Below, in pieces: positions 35,540 through 43,329 of a DNA stretch of 64,000 bases (positions within the stretch are counted from its first letter, which is position 1; every line of letters begins with the position of its first letter). This DNA comes from Candidatus Aenigmatarchaeota archaeon (GTDB taxonomy: Archaea > Aenigmatarchaeota > Aenigmatarchaeia > CG10238-14 > SpSt-28). The stretch spans positions 1,104 through 65,103 of the forward strand of contig JANXEV010000002.1 in assembly GCA_025057985.1 (NCBI GenBank). The letters run 5' to 3'. A program made the position numbers and the translations under genes. The notes under the pieces are model-generated. The model had not been told where the DNA came from and ran no database searches. It worked only from the letters and a program-made list of their open reading frames with translations.

Positions 35540-35827
35540 TTAAGCTATTAGTTTCAAATGTTCCGGCCTTGAGATAACCTTTTTGATTTTTCCGCCGACC
35601 TTTATTTCAACGACATAAGCTCTGCCCCTTTTTTCTACAACCTCACCTATCATTCCCCTAAATCTAGAAAATGGCATCCCCTTAAAACTACTCGGTTCCT
35701 GAACTATTGCAACTTTATCACCTATTTTAAATTCTTGTAAAAACTTTGTGATAGTAGGCCTATATCTAGCCTCTCTTTCAAGTTTTTTCCTTGTTTTTAC
35801 CCTGAATCCCTGCGATTTTTTAACCAT
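35540..35827 (-). CDS. rpl21e: 50S ribosomal protein L21e
   Basis: MVKKSQGFRVKTRKKL...FKIGDKVAIVQEPS..KGMPFSRFRGMIGEVV. Start set at the Met of MVKKS. Confidence 0.92.
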   Translation of the reverse strand: MVKKSQGFRVKTRKKLEREARYRPTITKFLQEFKIGDKVAIVQEPSSFKGMPFSRFRGMIGEVVEKRGRAYVVEIKVGGKIKKVISRPEHLKLIA

Positions 35828-36362
35828 ATTTATCACTCAACAAACCTTTTCTAATTTGTTCATATATCTCTGGTTTTAAAATCTTTACTATTTCTAGAGA
35901 AAATTCTAAAGCGGTGGCCGGGCCCTGGGAAGTGATTATGTTTTCGTCGACAACAACCCTTTCATCCACATAGTTAGGTATTTCGTTTCTCAAGGTAGGA
36001 TAACAAGTCGCTTTCCTTTCTTTCAACAAACCAATTTTAGCAAGTATTATCGGAGATGCACATATAGCTCCAAGAACTTTACCTTTTTCACCAAGCCTCT
36101 TCAACATTTCTAAGAGTTTTTCTGAAGACATCAAATTTTTATAACCTGGATTCCCACCAGGCAAAATTATACTATCGTACTCTTCTTCATCCACTTCATT
36201 CAAAGTTTTATCACACAGTACTTTTATCCCATTCCTTCCAACTACTATTTCGTCTTCAAGCCCGACTATATCTACTTTTAACCCAGCTCTTCTCAAAACA
36301 TCAACAATCGTGATGGCTTCTATTTCTTCAAACCCTTCAGCAAACGGAACCAATATTTTCAT
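35820..36362 (-). CDS. DJ-1/PfpI/ThiJ-family protein
   Basis: MKILVPFAEGFEEIEA..., ILPGG, and the nucleophile-elbow LGAICASP. Start set at the Met of MKILV. Confidence 0.85.
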   Translation of the reverse strand: MKILVPFAEGFEEIEAITIVDVLRRAGLKVDIVGLEDEIVVGRNGIKVLCDKTLNEVDEEEYDSIILPGGNPGYKNLMSSEKLLEMLKRLGEKGKVLGAICASPIILAKIGLLKERKATCYPTLRNEIPNYVDERVVVDENIITSQGPATALEFSLEIVKILKPEIYEQIRKGLLSDKYG

Positions 36363-36363
36363 T

Positions 36364-37662
36364 TTATCGTCCTCCAATCATTCTCTTCCAATCACTATGG
36401 ATTTTTATCACGTCCAATAAAACTTTTATCGGTTTATTATTTAAAATTTCTGATATGCTCGGTTTTGTTCTACCTTCATCGCCCGTGATAAGTTCTTTAA
36501 CATAAAGACCAGAAGAAGCTCTTATTTTCAAAATCAAAGTCTTACTGTTTTTCAACTTCCACTTGATCTCTCTCACATATTTCTTTCTTATCCTATCGCT
36601 CCTCCTTTTTAAAACTCTTGTAGGGGTTTTTTGATATATCACTGAATTTTTCAAACCATCTATCAACTTTAGCTTATTTTTATCGATTTGTTTTTCGAAA
36701 ACAACCTCTGCCAGATACGTTTTTTCTGCTTTTTCAGATTTCAAAAATTTAACAAGTTTACTTCCGTCTTCAACAACTTTTATTAACCTGACTTTAATTT
36801 TTTTTGATTTGTTTATCTCTTTCTCCAATTTTTTCAGTTCTACTTTTCTAACCTTAGGTTTAACTATCTCTATGACGAAGGGACGCCAACCTAAACATCT
36901 CACATCGATGTCCTCTCTACCTGCGGCATGAATTTTAGATTTTTTACCCTTAGTAACTTTAAGGATAGGCTTTTCTATTATCATTTGGACTGAAGACTTG
37001 TACAAAAGCCCGGTCCCTTTACAGTTTTCACAACCCTTCCCTTTACAACTTTGACAATACCAAGTGGCTTGTGGCAAATTTCTAACAAATTTCTTATATT
37101 CACCCACAATAAACAAGCTCTTGACGTTTAAGGAAACAACTTCCTTTTCCAAATCGACCAACACAATGACTTCAGGCGCCTCTCTATTCATTCTTTTGTT
37201 CGTCATCGCTTCCACTTTTTTACCTATTTCCCTGTTTATCTCGCTTTTTATCGACTCGTAAAACTCAGGATTTATCAAGTCCAGCATTTCTTCTTCCTTC
37301 AATTTTAACTCTCCAGAAAGTTTCGTTCCTATCAAAAAAGTGGAAAAATCATACTCTTTTAACTTCTCTACAATTTTTTTGGCTAAAAATTCTATCTTGT
37401 TTTCAAAGAAATCACCACAGAAATAACATTTCTTTTTCTCAGCCTCTACTTTCAAATTTCTAAGTTTTATATCACGAATATTCGAAGGGTCTATTTCTAT
37501 TTTTTCCCCACAATCTATCAACATCGCTACTACACTTTTCACAAATCTTCCTCTTTCCTTATTCGAATATCCGGTTAGCAAATTCGCAAAAACTCTACCT
37601 AAACAATTATCACAAATGCTATATCTTCTCATCAAATCGATAGCAGTTTTTATAACATACAC
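36364..37662 (-). CDS. pus10: tRNA pseudouridine(54/55) synthase Pus10
   Basis: N-terminal zinc motif ICDNCLGRVF plus CYFCG, an internal CQSCKGKGCENCKG, and a C-terminal catalytic domain with AAGREDIDVRCLG. 432 aa. Confidence 0.85.
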   Translation of the reverse strand: MYVIKTAIDLMRRYSICDNCLGRVFANLLTGYSNKERGRFVKSVVAMLIDCGEKIEIDPSNIRDIKLRNLKVEAEKKKCYFCGDFFENKIEFLAKKIVEKLKEYDFSTFLIGTKLSGELKLKEEEMLDLINPEFYESIKSEINREIGKKVEAMTNKRMNREAPEVIVLVDLEKEVVSLNVKSLFIVGEYKKFVRNLPQATWYCQSCKGKGCENCKGTGLLYKSSVQMIIEKPILKVTKGKKSKIHAAGREDIDVRCLGWRPFVIEIVKPKVRKVELKKLEKEINKSKKIKVRLIKVVEDGSKLVKFLKSEKAEKTYLAEVVFEKQIDKNKLKLIDGLKNSVIYQKTPTRVLKRRSDRIRKKYVREIKWKLKNSKTLILKIRASSGLYVKELITGDEGRTKPSISEILNNKPIKVLLDVIKIHSDWKRMIGGR

Positions 37663-38234
37663 TTTCTATCCACCTCGTAATTTATTATGGTAACAACCTG
37701 TGAAGATAAGTATTCGATTTTACCGAGAGAAATTTTTTTCACACCCAATCTCTCTAGAAAAATTTCTTCTTTTTCAGGTAAACCTTTATTGTCTCCAAGT
37801 ATCGCGACGAAGTCTTTTCCGATTTCAAAATTTTTAATATCTTCACCTTCTTTGTGAAGGTAAAAAACCGAATTTCTGCATTCTTCTACCTTTTTTCTAA
37901 CCAGCTCCTCAAAAGAAATTTTTTCAACATATATACCAGGTTCAGACGGATTCTTCTTACCTGAGTTTTTTATTGCGATTTTTATATGTGAGGCTATGTT
38001 TCTCTCATCTGGGGATACATTTTTAAGTTCGTTAGTGAAAAAAGTTATCGTTAAAGGTGGGTTTGGCGGTCCATTTAAAACAACGTGGAATTTTACGTCA
38101 GGTCTAAGGGAATAAGAGAGAAAAATTCCTGTGGAAACGCATCTAGCCACTAGATCCATTCTGCCTGCTCCAGGAAGATCGTTTATATTGAAATCAGAAG
38201 TTACTCCTCTAGAAAACAAGATAAACTCTCTCAT
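37650..38234 (-). CDS. trmY: tRNA (pseudouridine54-N1)-methyltransferase TrmY (SPOUT)
   Basis: MREFILFSRG...INDLPGAGRMDLVARCV...NPPLTI...VSPDERNIA closely parallels the Methanocaldococcus TrmY sequence as I recall it. Confidence 0.85.
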   Translation of the reverse strand: MREFILFSRGVTSDFNINDLPGAGRMDLVARCVSTGIFLSYSLRPDVKFHVVLNGPPNPPLTITFFTNELKNVSPDERNIASHIKIAIKNSGKKNPSEPGIYVEKISFEELVRKKVEECRNSVFYLHKEGEDIKNFEIGKDFVAILGDNKGLPEKEEIFLERLGVKKISLGKIEYLSSQVVTIINYEVDRKCML

Positions 38235-38237
38235 ATT

Positions 38238-39539
38238 CTATACTCTAAACCCGAATTGCTTTAGTAAATTTTGCAAATTTCCCCTACTCAAACCCTTCAT
38301 CCCACCAAAGCTCTTCATCATTTTTTTAACTTTAAAATATTGTGATATCAGATTTCTTACTTCTTCTTCGCTCGTTCCGCTGCCTTTCGCTATTCTTTTT
38401 ATCCTACTTTCATCTATAATTTCAGGTTCTTTTCTTTCTTTTGGCGTCATAGATTGAATTATATATTTCCATTTTTTCATCGTATCTTCTTGTTTCTTGA
38501 TTATATCCTTCGGTAAACTTAAACCAGGGATCATTGAAAATATTTTATCGAAAGGTCCAATTTTTTGAAAAGACTCTATTTGCTCTATGAAATCTTCTAA
38601 AGTAAAATCACCCTCTATTAATTTTTCAGTTTTTTCAGGTTTAACCACTTCTTTTGCTTTTTCTATTAAAGTTTCTAGATCCCCTAACCCCAAAATTCTA
38701 GAAACAAACCTTTTTGGATCATATTTTTCAATCGCATCGATCTTTTCCCCATAGCATACAAATTTAACTTTAGCGCCTGTGGCGACACAGGCTGAAATAG
38801 CAGATCCAGCTTTCGCTGAGGAATCCATTTTCGTAACTATTATTCCAGTTATTCCGACTAATTTGTTAAATTCTTCGGATTGACTCTTAGCAACCTTACC
38901 TATTTCCGCTGGTATAACAAGTAATTTTTCATCAGGTTTTATTATTTCAGCTAAGCTCTTCAATTCTGAAGCAAGATTTTCATCTAAAGCGTCTCTACCA
39001 GCCGTGTCATACACTATAAAGTCAAAATTTTTAAATTTCTCCAAACTTTCCTTAGCTACAGAATAGGCATCGCTTCCTATCAAATACTTTACATTTATTT
39101 TTTCTGCTAGTTGTTTTAATTGTTCTGGGGCAGCCGGTCTATGATAGTCTAAACAAACGAGTGCGACTTTCCCAAACTTTCTCAAATAGTTTGCAAGTTT
39201 AGCTGCAGTGGTCGTTTTTCCACTTCCAAACAAACCAATTAGCATTATTTTTTTTCCATTTATTTCGTAGGCTTTTTCTCCAAGTATCTTTACAAGTTCT
39301 TCATACACTATTTTGATAGAGTAATCTCTAAGAGTAAAACCAGCTGGGATTTTTTCTTTAAATAACTTCTTTCTTACGCTTTCGATAAAATTATTCACAA
39401 TCCCTAAGTCCACATCGGCTTCTATTAAAATTATCTTAAGTTCCTTTAGCAACTCTTCTACAGCCTTTTCGTCTACCACACTCTTTCCGAGCAACTTCCT
39501 TATCGCATTCTTTAACTTTTCAGATAAAGCTTCTAACAT
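38238..39539 (-). CDS. srp54: Signal recognition particle protein SRP54
   Basis: GLFGSGKTTT, DTAGR, TKMDSSAKAG, and a Met-rich C-terminal M domain. Confidence 0.95.
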   Translation of the reverse strand: MLEALSEKLKNAIRKLLGKSVVDEKAVEELLKELKIILIEADVDLGIVNNFIESVRKKLFKEKIPAGFTLRDYSIKIVYEELVKILGEKAYEINGKKIMLIGLFGSGKTTTAAKLANYLRKFGKVALVCLDYHRPAAPEQLKQLAEKINVKYLIGSDAYSVAKESLEKFKNFDFIVYDTAGRDALDENLASELKSLAEIIKPDEKLLVIPAEIGKVAKSQSEEFNKLVGITGIIVTKMDSSAKAGSAISACVATGAKVKFVCYGEKIDAIEKYDPKRFVSRILGLGDLETLIEKAKEVVKPEKTEKLIEGDFTLEDFIEQIESFQKIGPFDKIFSMIPGLSLPKDIIKKQEDTMKKWKYIIQSMTPKERKEPEIIDESRIKRIAKGSGTSEEEVRNLISQYFKVKKMMKSFGGMKGLSRGNLQNLLKQFGFRV

Positions 39540-39549
39540 AAACTATTTT

Positions 39550-40536
39550 CTATTCTTCTAATAAATTATCGATGAACTCTTTAGCATCAAATTCCTTTAT
39601 ATCGTTATATCCTTGTCCATTGCAAACAAAAAGTATAGGCTTCTTTAAGATATAACTTACAGTTAATATTGCTCCACCTTTTTCGTTCACATCTAATTTT
39701 GTAAATACAACAGCATCAACTCCTATTTCACCGAAATATTTTGCTTGATTCACTGCGTCATTTCCGGTCAGACTATCTACGACTAAAACTTTCAAGTCAG
39801 GTTTATTAACTCGAACTATCTTTTTTAGTTCTTCCATCAAATTTTCATTAGAATAAGATCTACCAGATGTGTCAGCTAGAACGACATCTATTCTTTTCGC
39901 TTCTGCGTGTTTTTTTGCGTCGAAGATCACGGCCGCAGGATCAGCACCATATTTTTGTTTCACGAGATCCACACCAATTTTTTTTGCATGTATTTCTAGT
40001 TGTTCTATGGACGCGGCTCTAAAAGTATCAGCTGCAGCCAAAACACACTTAAATCCTTTATCTTTAAGATATTTAGCGACTTTAGCTATCGTCGTAGTCT
40101 TACCGGATCCATTAAAGCCAAAAAACACTATCAAATAAGGTTTTTTGTTTTGAATTTCTTTAACCAAATCCACTTTTGGTAGATTAAGTATGTCAAACAA
40201 ACTTTTTCTAATAAAATCTTTTATCAATTTTTTTTCTTCACCTTTTTTTATTTCCATCGAAACCAAAGATCCCAACAGATCTTTCTTTATTTTTTCAGAG
40301 ACCTCATATGCTACATCAGCTTCTATCAAATCTATTTGTAGGTCTTCCAGAAAAGGTTTTACATCGTCTTCAGTCAAGATCTTTTTTGGCACGAGTTTTT
40401 CTATAAGTTTTTTTCTTTTAACATTTTCCTTTTCTACCTTCTCTTCAACTTTTTTACTCTCTACGTCTTTATCCTCTACTTTTTTTGAAATTTTTTCTAC
40501 GAAATTCTTCAACTTTTTCTTCAAGAAGTCAAACAT
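39550..40536 (-). CDS. ftsY: SRP receptor FtsY
   Basis: GFNGSGKTTT, AADTFRAA, DTSGR and TKLDVNEKGG motifs with an acidic/basic N-terminal region. Confidence 0.95.
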   Translation of the reverse strand: MFDFLKKKLKNFVEKISKKVEDKDVESKKVEEKVEKENVKRKKLIEKLVPKKILTEDDVKPFLEDLQIDLIEADVAYEVSEKIKKDLLGSLVSMEIKKGEEKKLIKDFIRKSLFDILNLPKVDLVKEIQNKKPYLIVFFGFNGSGKTTTIAKVAKYLKDKGFKCVLAAADTFRAASIEQLEIHAKKIGVDLVKQKYGADPAAVIFDAKKHAEAKRIDVVLADTSGRSYSNENLMEELKKIVRVNKPDLKVLVVDSLTGNDAVNQAKYFGEIGVDAVVFTKLDVNEKGGAILTVSYILKKPILFVCNGQGYNDIKEFDAKEFIDNLLEE

Positions 40537-40543
40537 ATTTTAT

Positions 40544-40939
40544 CTACTCTGTTCCTTCTGGCTTTTTATCTATCTCGGCCAATATTTTTTCTTGTTCACC
40601 GACAATTTTGTTCACTCTTGTATCTATTTCTATTATAACTTTATTTAGACTCTCTTTCGTTTTTTCCAAAATCTTTATCGCACTTTCTCTATCCATCTCT
40701 ATTCCGACATTCGCCCCAACATTCACTAAGAATTTTTCGCTAGCTATTTTACAAAAACCAAAAGTGTTTGTTCCGACCGAAAAAATAGCATCTGAGTTTA
40801 GTTTAATTTCTTTTATAGCATCTATCGTTTCTTCTATTTCATCTATCCTTCTTTCTATTTCTTCTCTTTGTTTTAAGAGTGATTCTAAATTGATTTGAAG
40901 TCTCGTGAACTTTTCGGCTAATATTTTTTTATCATCCAT
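40544..40939 (-). CDS. pfdA: Prefoldin alpha subunit
   Basis: 131 aa with coiled-coil arms flanking VGTNTFGFCKI...VNVGANVGIEMDRESA (double beta-hairpin, alpha class). Confidence 0.75.
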   Translation of the reverse strand: MDDKKILAEKFTRLQINLESLLKQREEIERRIDEIEETIDAIKEIKLNSDAIFSVGTNTFGFCKIASEKFLVNVGANVGIEMDRESAIKILEKTKESLNKVIIEIDTRVNKIVGEQEKILAEIDKKPEGTE

Positions 40940-40941
40940 TA

Positions 40942-41415
40942 CTAATCTACCTTTATTCCAAACTCTTTTTCGGCGACTGACTTCAAAATTTTTATCAAAT
41001 CGGCTATCTGTGATTTTTTTATGGCGACGGCGCCGACAGATCTAAACTTGTTTTCCATTCTTATTAGATTATCATGTTTGGTTTGATTTATTCTAACAAA
41101 CGGTTCCTCACCTTTATATTTTGGATTTTTGAAAACATCTATCCAAAGATATTCTATCGGACTGACTTGAATTTTAGCTACAAATTTACTAGGCCCTATA
41201 GAATAAAATATTTTAGCTGGACCTTTCTCGTCGTAATCTATTTTTTTCTCTAATAGAAGTCTTTCACAGATCTTCGTTACAGTATGCCTGTTTAAGTTTA
41301 AAGCTTTTGCTAACTCTGATATGGTCATACCTCTTTCACTCAAATCTAAAACCTCCATTATTCTCCTAGCGTTCTTGCTGTCGTATTCTACGTCTTTCGA
41401 ATCTTTGACAATCAT
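40942..41415 (-). CDS. Winged-helix transcriptional regulator
   Basis: RRIMEVLDLSERGMTISELAKALNLNRHTVTKICERLLLEKKI is a classic wHTH. The C-terminal domain is unassigned. Confidence 0.65.
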   Translation of the reverse strand: MIVKDSKDVEYDSKNARRIMEVLDLSERGMTISELAKALNLNRHTVTKICERLLLEKKIDYDEKGPAKIFYSIGPSKFVAKIQVSPIEYLWIDVFKNPKYKGEEPFVRINQTKHDNLIRMENKFRSVGAVAIKKSQIADLIKILKSVAEKEFGIKVD

Positions 41416-41466
41416 ATGTATATAATGAATTTTATATAAAAAAGATTGTAGAAAAATGAGGAAAGG

Positions 41467-41478
41467 TTTAAAAATTTT
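41467..41478 (+). promoter_or_regulatory. Candidate TATA element TTTAAAAATTTT for the 5S rRNA gene
   Basis: The TTTAAAAA core is centred about 26-27 nt upstream of the predicted 5S 5' end. Confidence 0.4.
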
Positions 41479-41496
41479 GAAAACAAGATTAAGTTA

Positions 41497-41617
41497 GGTT
41501 GGCGACCAGATCGGGAGGGAAACACCCGGTCTCGTTCCGAACCCGGAAGTTAAGCCTCCCGGAGGTGTGGAGAGTACTGCTCCGAGATGGAGTGGGAAAT
41601 CCACGTCGTCGCCAACC
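41497..41617 (+). rRNA. rrf: 5S ribosomal RNA
   Basis: 121 nt. Terminal helix GGTTGGCGAC/GTCGCCAACC and the universal CGTTCCGAACCCGGAAGTTAAGCC core. GC-rich island in AT-rich DNA. Confidence 0.93.
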
Positions 41618-41628
41618 AAATTTTCTAA

Positions 41629-41640
41629 AAATTTATTTTT
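41629..41640 (+). promoter_or_regulatory. Candidate TATA element AAATTTATTTTT for tRNA-Asp
   Basis: Ends 24 nt upstream of the tRNA 5' end. Lies in the 46-nt spacer after the 5S gene. Confidence 0.4.
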
Positions 41641-41663
41641 CCAAGAGTAATTTCTAATGATAT

Positions 41664-41739
41664 GCCCTCGTCGTCTAGTGGCCTAGGATGCAGGCCTGTC
41701 ACGCCTGAGACCCGGGTTCGAATCCCGGCGGGGGCGCCA
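41664..41739 (+). tRNA. tRNA-Asp (anticodon GUC), genomically encoded CCA
   Basis: Acceptor GCCCTCG/CGGGGGC, anticodon arm CAGGC-CTGTCAC-GCCTG, T arm CCGGG-TTCGAAT-CCCGG, discriminator G followed by CCA (41737..41739). Confidence 0.92.
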
Positions 41740-41766
41740 TTTTTCTAATATTGAAAAAATAATTTT

Positions 41767-42888
41767 ATGAAGAAAATTGATACGATTGAACACTTGGAAG
41801 ATTTGTGGATTAGATACGAAAATTTTTCGCTATCTGATTTTAAAAAGAACGTGATGTATAAACTTGGTGTAGACGAAATAAAAAATCTATCAGAGAAACT
41901 TGTAGAAGACGTTTACAAAAATTACTATAGGAACACTTTTTTTAAATTCTCCTTGATTTTAAGAGACTTGTGGTTCTATTCAGACTACTTTAAAATTTTT
42001 AAAAAATACGAGTTCGATATAGAGACTATTATCAGGATGTTGAAATTCTTGAAAAAGGAAAAATTGGTTGAAATTAAAAAAAACAAGATAAAGTTTCTTC
42101 AAGCCTTTCCACCTATTTTCACAAAGCCGATCAGAGAGGAGGAAGTAATTAAGTTTTTCAAACGAAAGCTAGGATCGATAAGTTTGGAGAAATCTGTTTT
42201 GGAAAATTTTGGAGAGAAACACGATTGGAAAGAAAAATACGATCAACTGCCGATAGATTTTAACTTGGCTGTTTTCATCGCTAGAAAAATACTAGATTAT
42301 TATCCTTTTAGAGATCGTTTTCTATTTGTCGGGGCTGACGATTTCGTCTATTTGATCATCGGATTGATCGATCCGAAAATGAGTTTGACAGTGATAGATA
42401 TAGATGAGGATTTGATCTCTAAAACAAAAAAGATAACTGATAAATTTGATCTAACGATAAATTTTGATAAAGCGGACATCAGAAGAGATAAGATAGAAAA
42501 GAAATTTTTTGGCGCTTTTTTAAACCCACCCTATACGTACCAAGGTGTTTTAAAGTTTCTAAAGTTTTCGTCCAATCAAATCGACGATAAAGGTGGAGTA
42601 TGTTTTTTGGTTCTTGGGGACGAGTCTATAGGAAATAGAGTGCTTTTTCTTCAAAGAGAAATGAACAAAATGAATCTTATAATAAGAGAGATTTCAGATA
42701 GAAAAATTTACTACGGTTTTCAGGATGTCTACCAAGAAGATATACGTTGGAAAAAATTATCAGATGAGATTGGGTTGAAATTAAAAAAGAGAGATCCGTA
42801 TATCTCAGCGTCGCTTTGTGTTTTAGAAAAATTGCCGTGCAAGCCTAAAAAAATAAAAATAGAAGGAGAAATTTATTCCTACTTGTGA
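41767..42888 (+). CDS. bpsA: BpsA-like aminopropyltransferase (DUF43; branched-chain polyamine synthase family)
   Basis: FVGADDFVYL..TVIDIDEDL...ADIRRD...FGAFLNPPYTYQG matches the DUF43 pattern as I recall it (GDDD, DiDe, D.R, DPPyT..G). Adjacent to AdoMet decarboxylase. Confidence 0.65.
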   Translation: MKKIDTIEHLEDLWIRYENFSLSDFKKNVMYKLGVDEIKNLSEKLVEDVYKNYYRNTFFKFSLILRDLWFYSDYFKIFKKYEFDIETIIRMLKFLKKEKLVEIKKNKIKFLQAFPPIFTKPIREEEVIKFFKRKLGSISLEKSVLENFGEKHDWKEKYDQLPIDFNLAVFIARKILDYYPFRDRFLFVGADDFVYLIIGLIDPKMSLTVIDIDEDLISKTKKITDKFDLTINFDKADIRRDKIEKKFFGAFLNPPYTYQGVLKFLKFSSNQIDDKGGVCFLVLGDESIGNRVLFLQREMNKMNLIIREISDRKIYYGFQDVYQEDIRWKKLSDEIGLKLKKRDPYISASLCVLEKLPCKPKKIKIEGEIYSYL

Positions 42889-42972
42889 AATTTTTCAAAA
42901 ATTTGTTGAAAATTTTTTATAGAAGATGTGTATAATAATATAATTAGGAGACTCGGAGATCAATGTTAGAAA

Positions 42973-43329
42973 ATGAAGGTGAAGCATTTATCAGCAAAGT
43001 TGGAAAATTGTAGAGTAGAAAGAAATTTACTTAGCGATAAGTTTTTTGCCTTCAAAGTTCTGGACAAAGTAGTAGAAAGACTCGGAATGAATTTCATAGA
43101 CAAGGTTTACTATGAGTTTCAACCTGAGGGACTAAGTGTAATTTATTTGATAAAAGAAAGTCACATAGCAATCCACACTTGGCCAGAATTCAATTTAGTG
43201 GACGTAGAGATATCTACTTGTAAAGACGACTCAGATGTAGAAGAGGGTTTAAGAATATTGGCTGAAGCCTACAAAGCAGAGAAAATAGAAAAAGATTATT
43301 GGGAGTACAATCTACCTTCAATTTCATAA
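42973..43329 (+). CDS. speH: S-adenosylmethionine decarboxylase proenzyme (SpeH type)
   Basis: LSVIYLIKESHIAIHTWPE contains the Glu-Ser self-cleavage site motif. 118 aa. Confidence 0.88.
   Translation: MKVKHLSAKLENCRVERNLLSDKFFAFKVLDKVVERLGMNFIDKVYYEFQPEGLSVIYLIKESHIAIHTWPEFNLVDVEISTCKDDSDVEEGLRILAEAYKAEKIEKDYWEYNLPSIS

Noticed and set aside
40190-40898. Long plus-strand ORFs (152 and 137 aa) opposite ftsY and pfdA. Similar long antisense ORFs occur at 43588..44061, 44284..44619, 51938..52699, 53536..54021, 58689..59195, 28470..28760 and 29045..29389.
   Set aside because: All are antisense to confidently identified genes and encode Ser/Phe/Leu/Ile-rich low-complexity sequence. This is the expected mirror of purine-rich (GAA/AAG/AAA) coding strands, which contain few reverse-strand stop codons.
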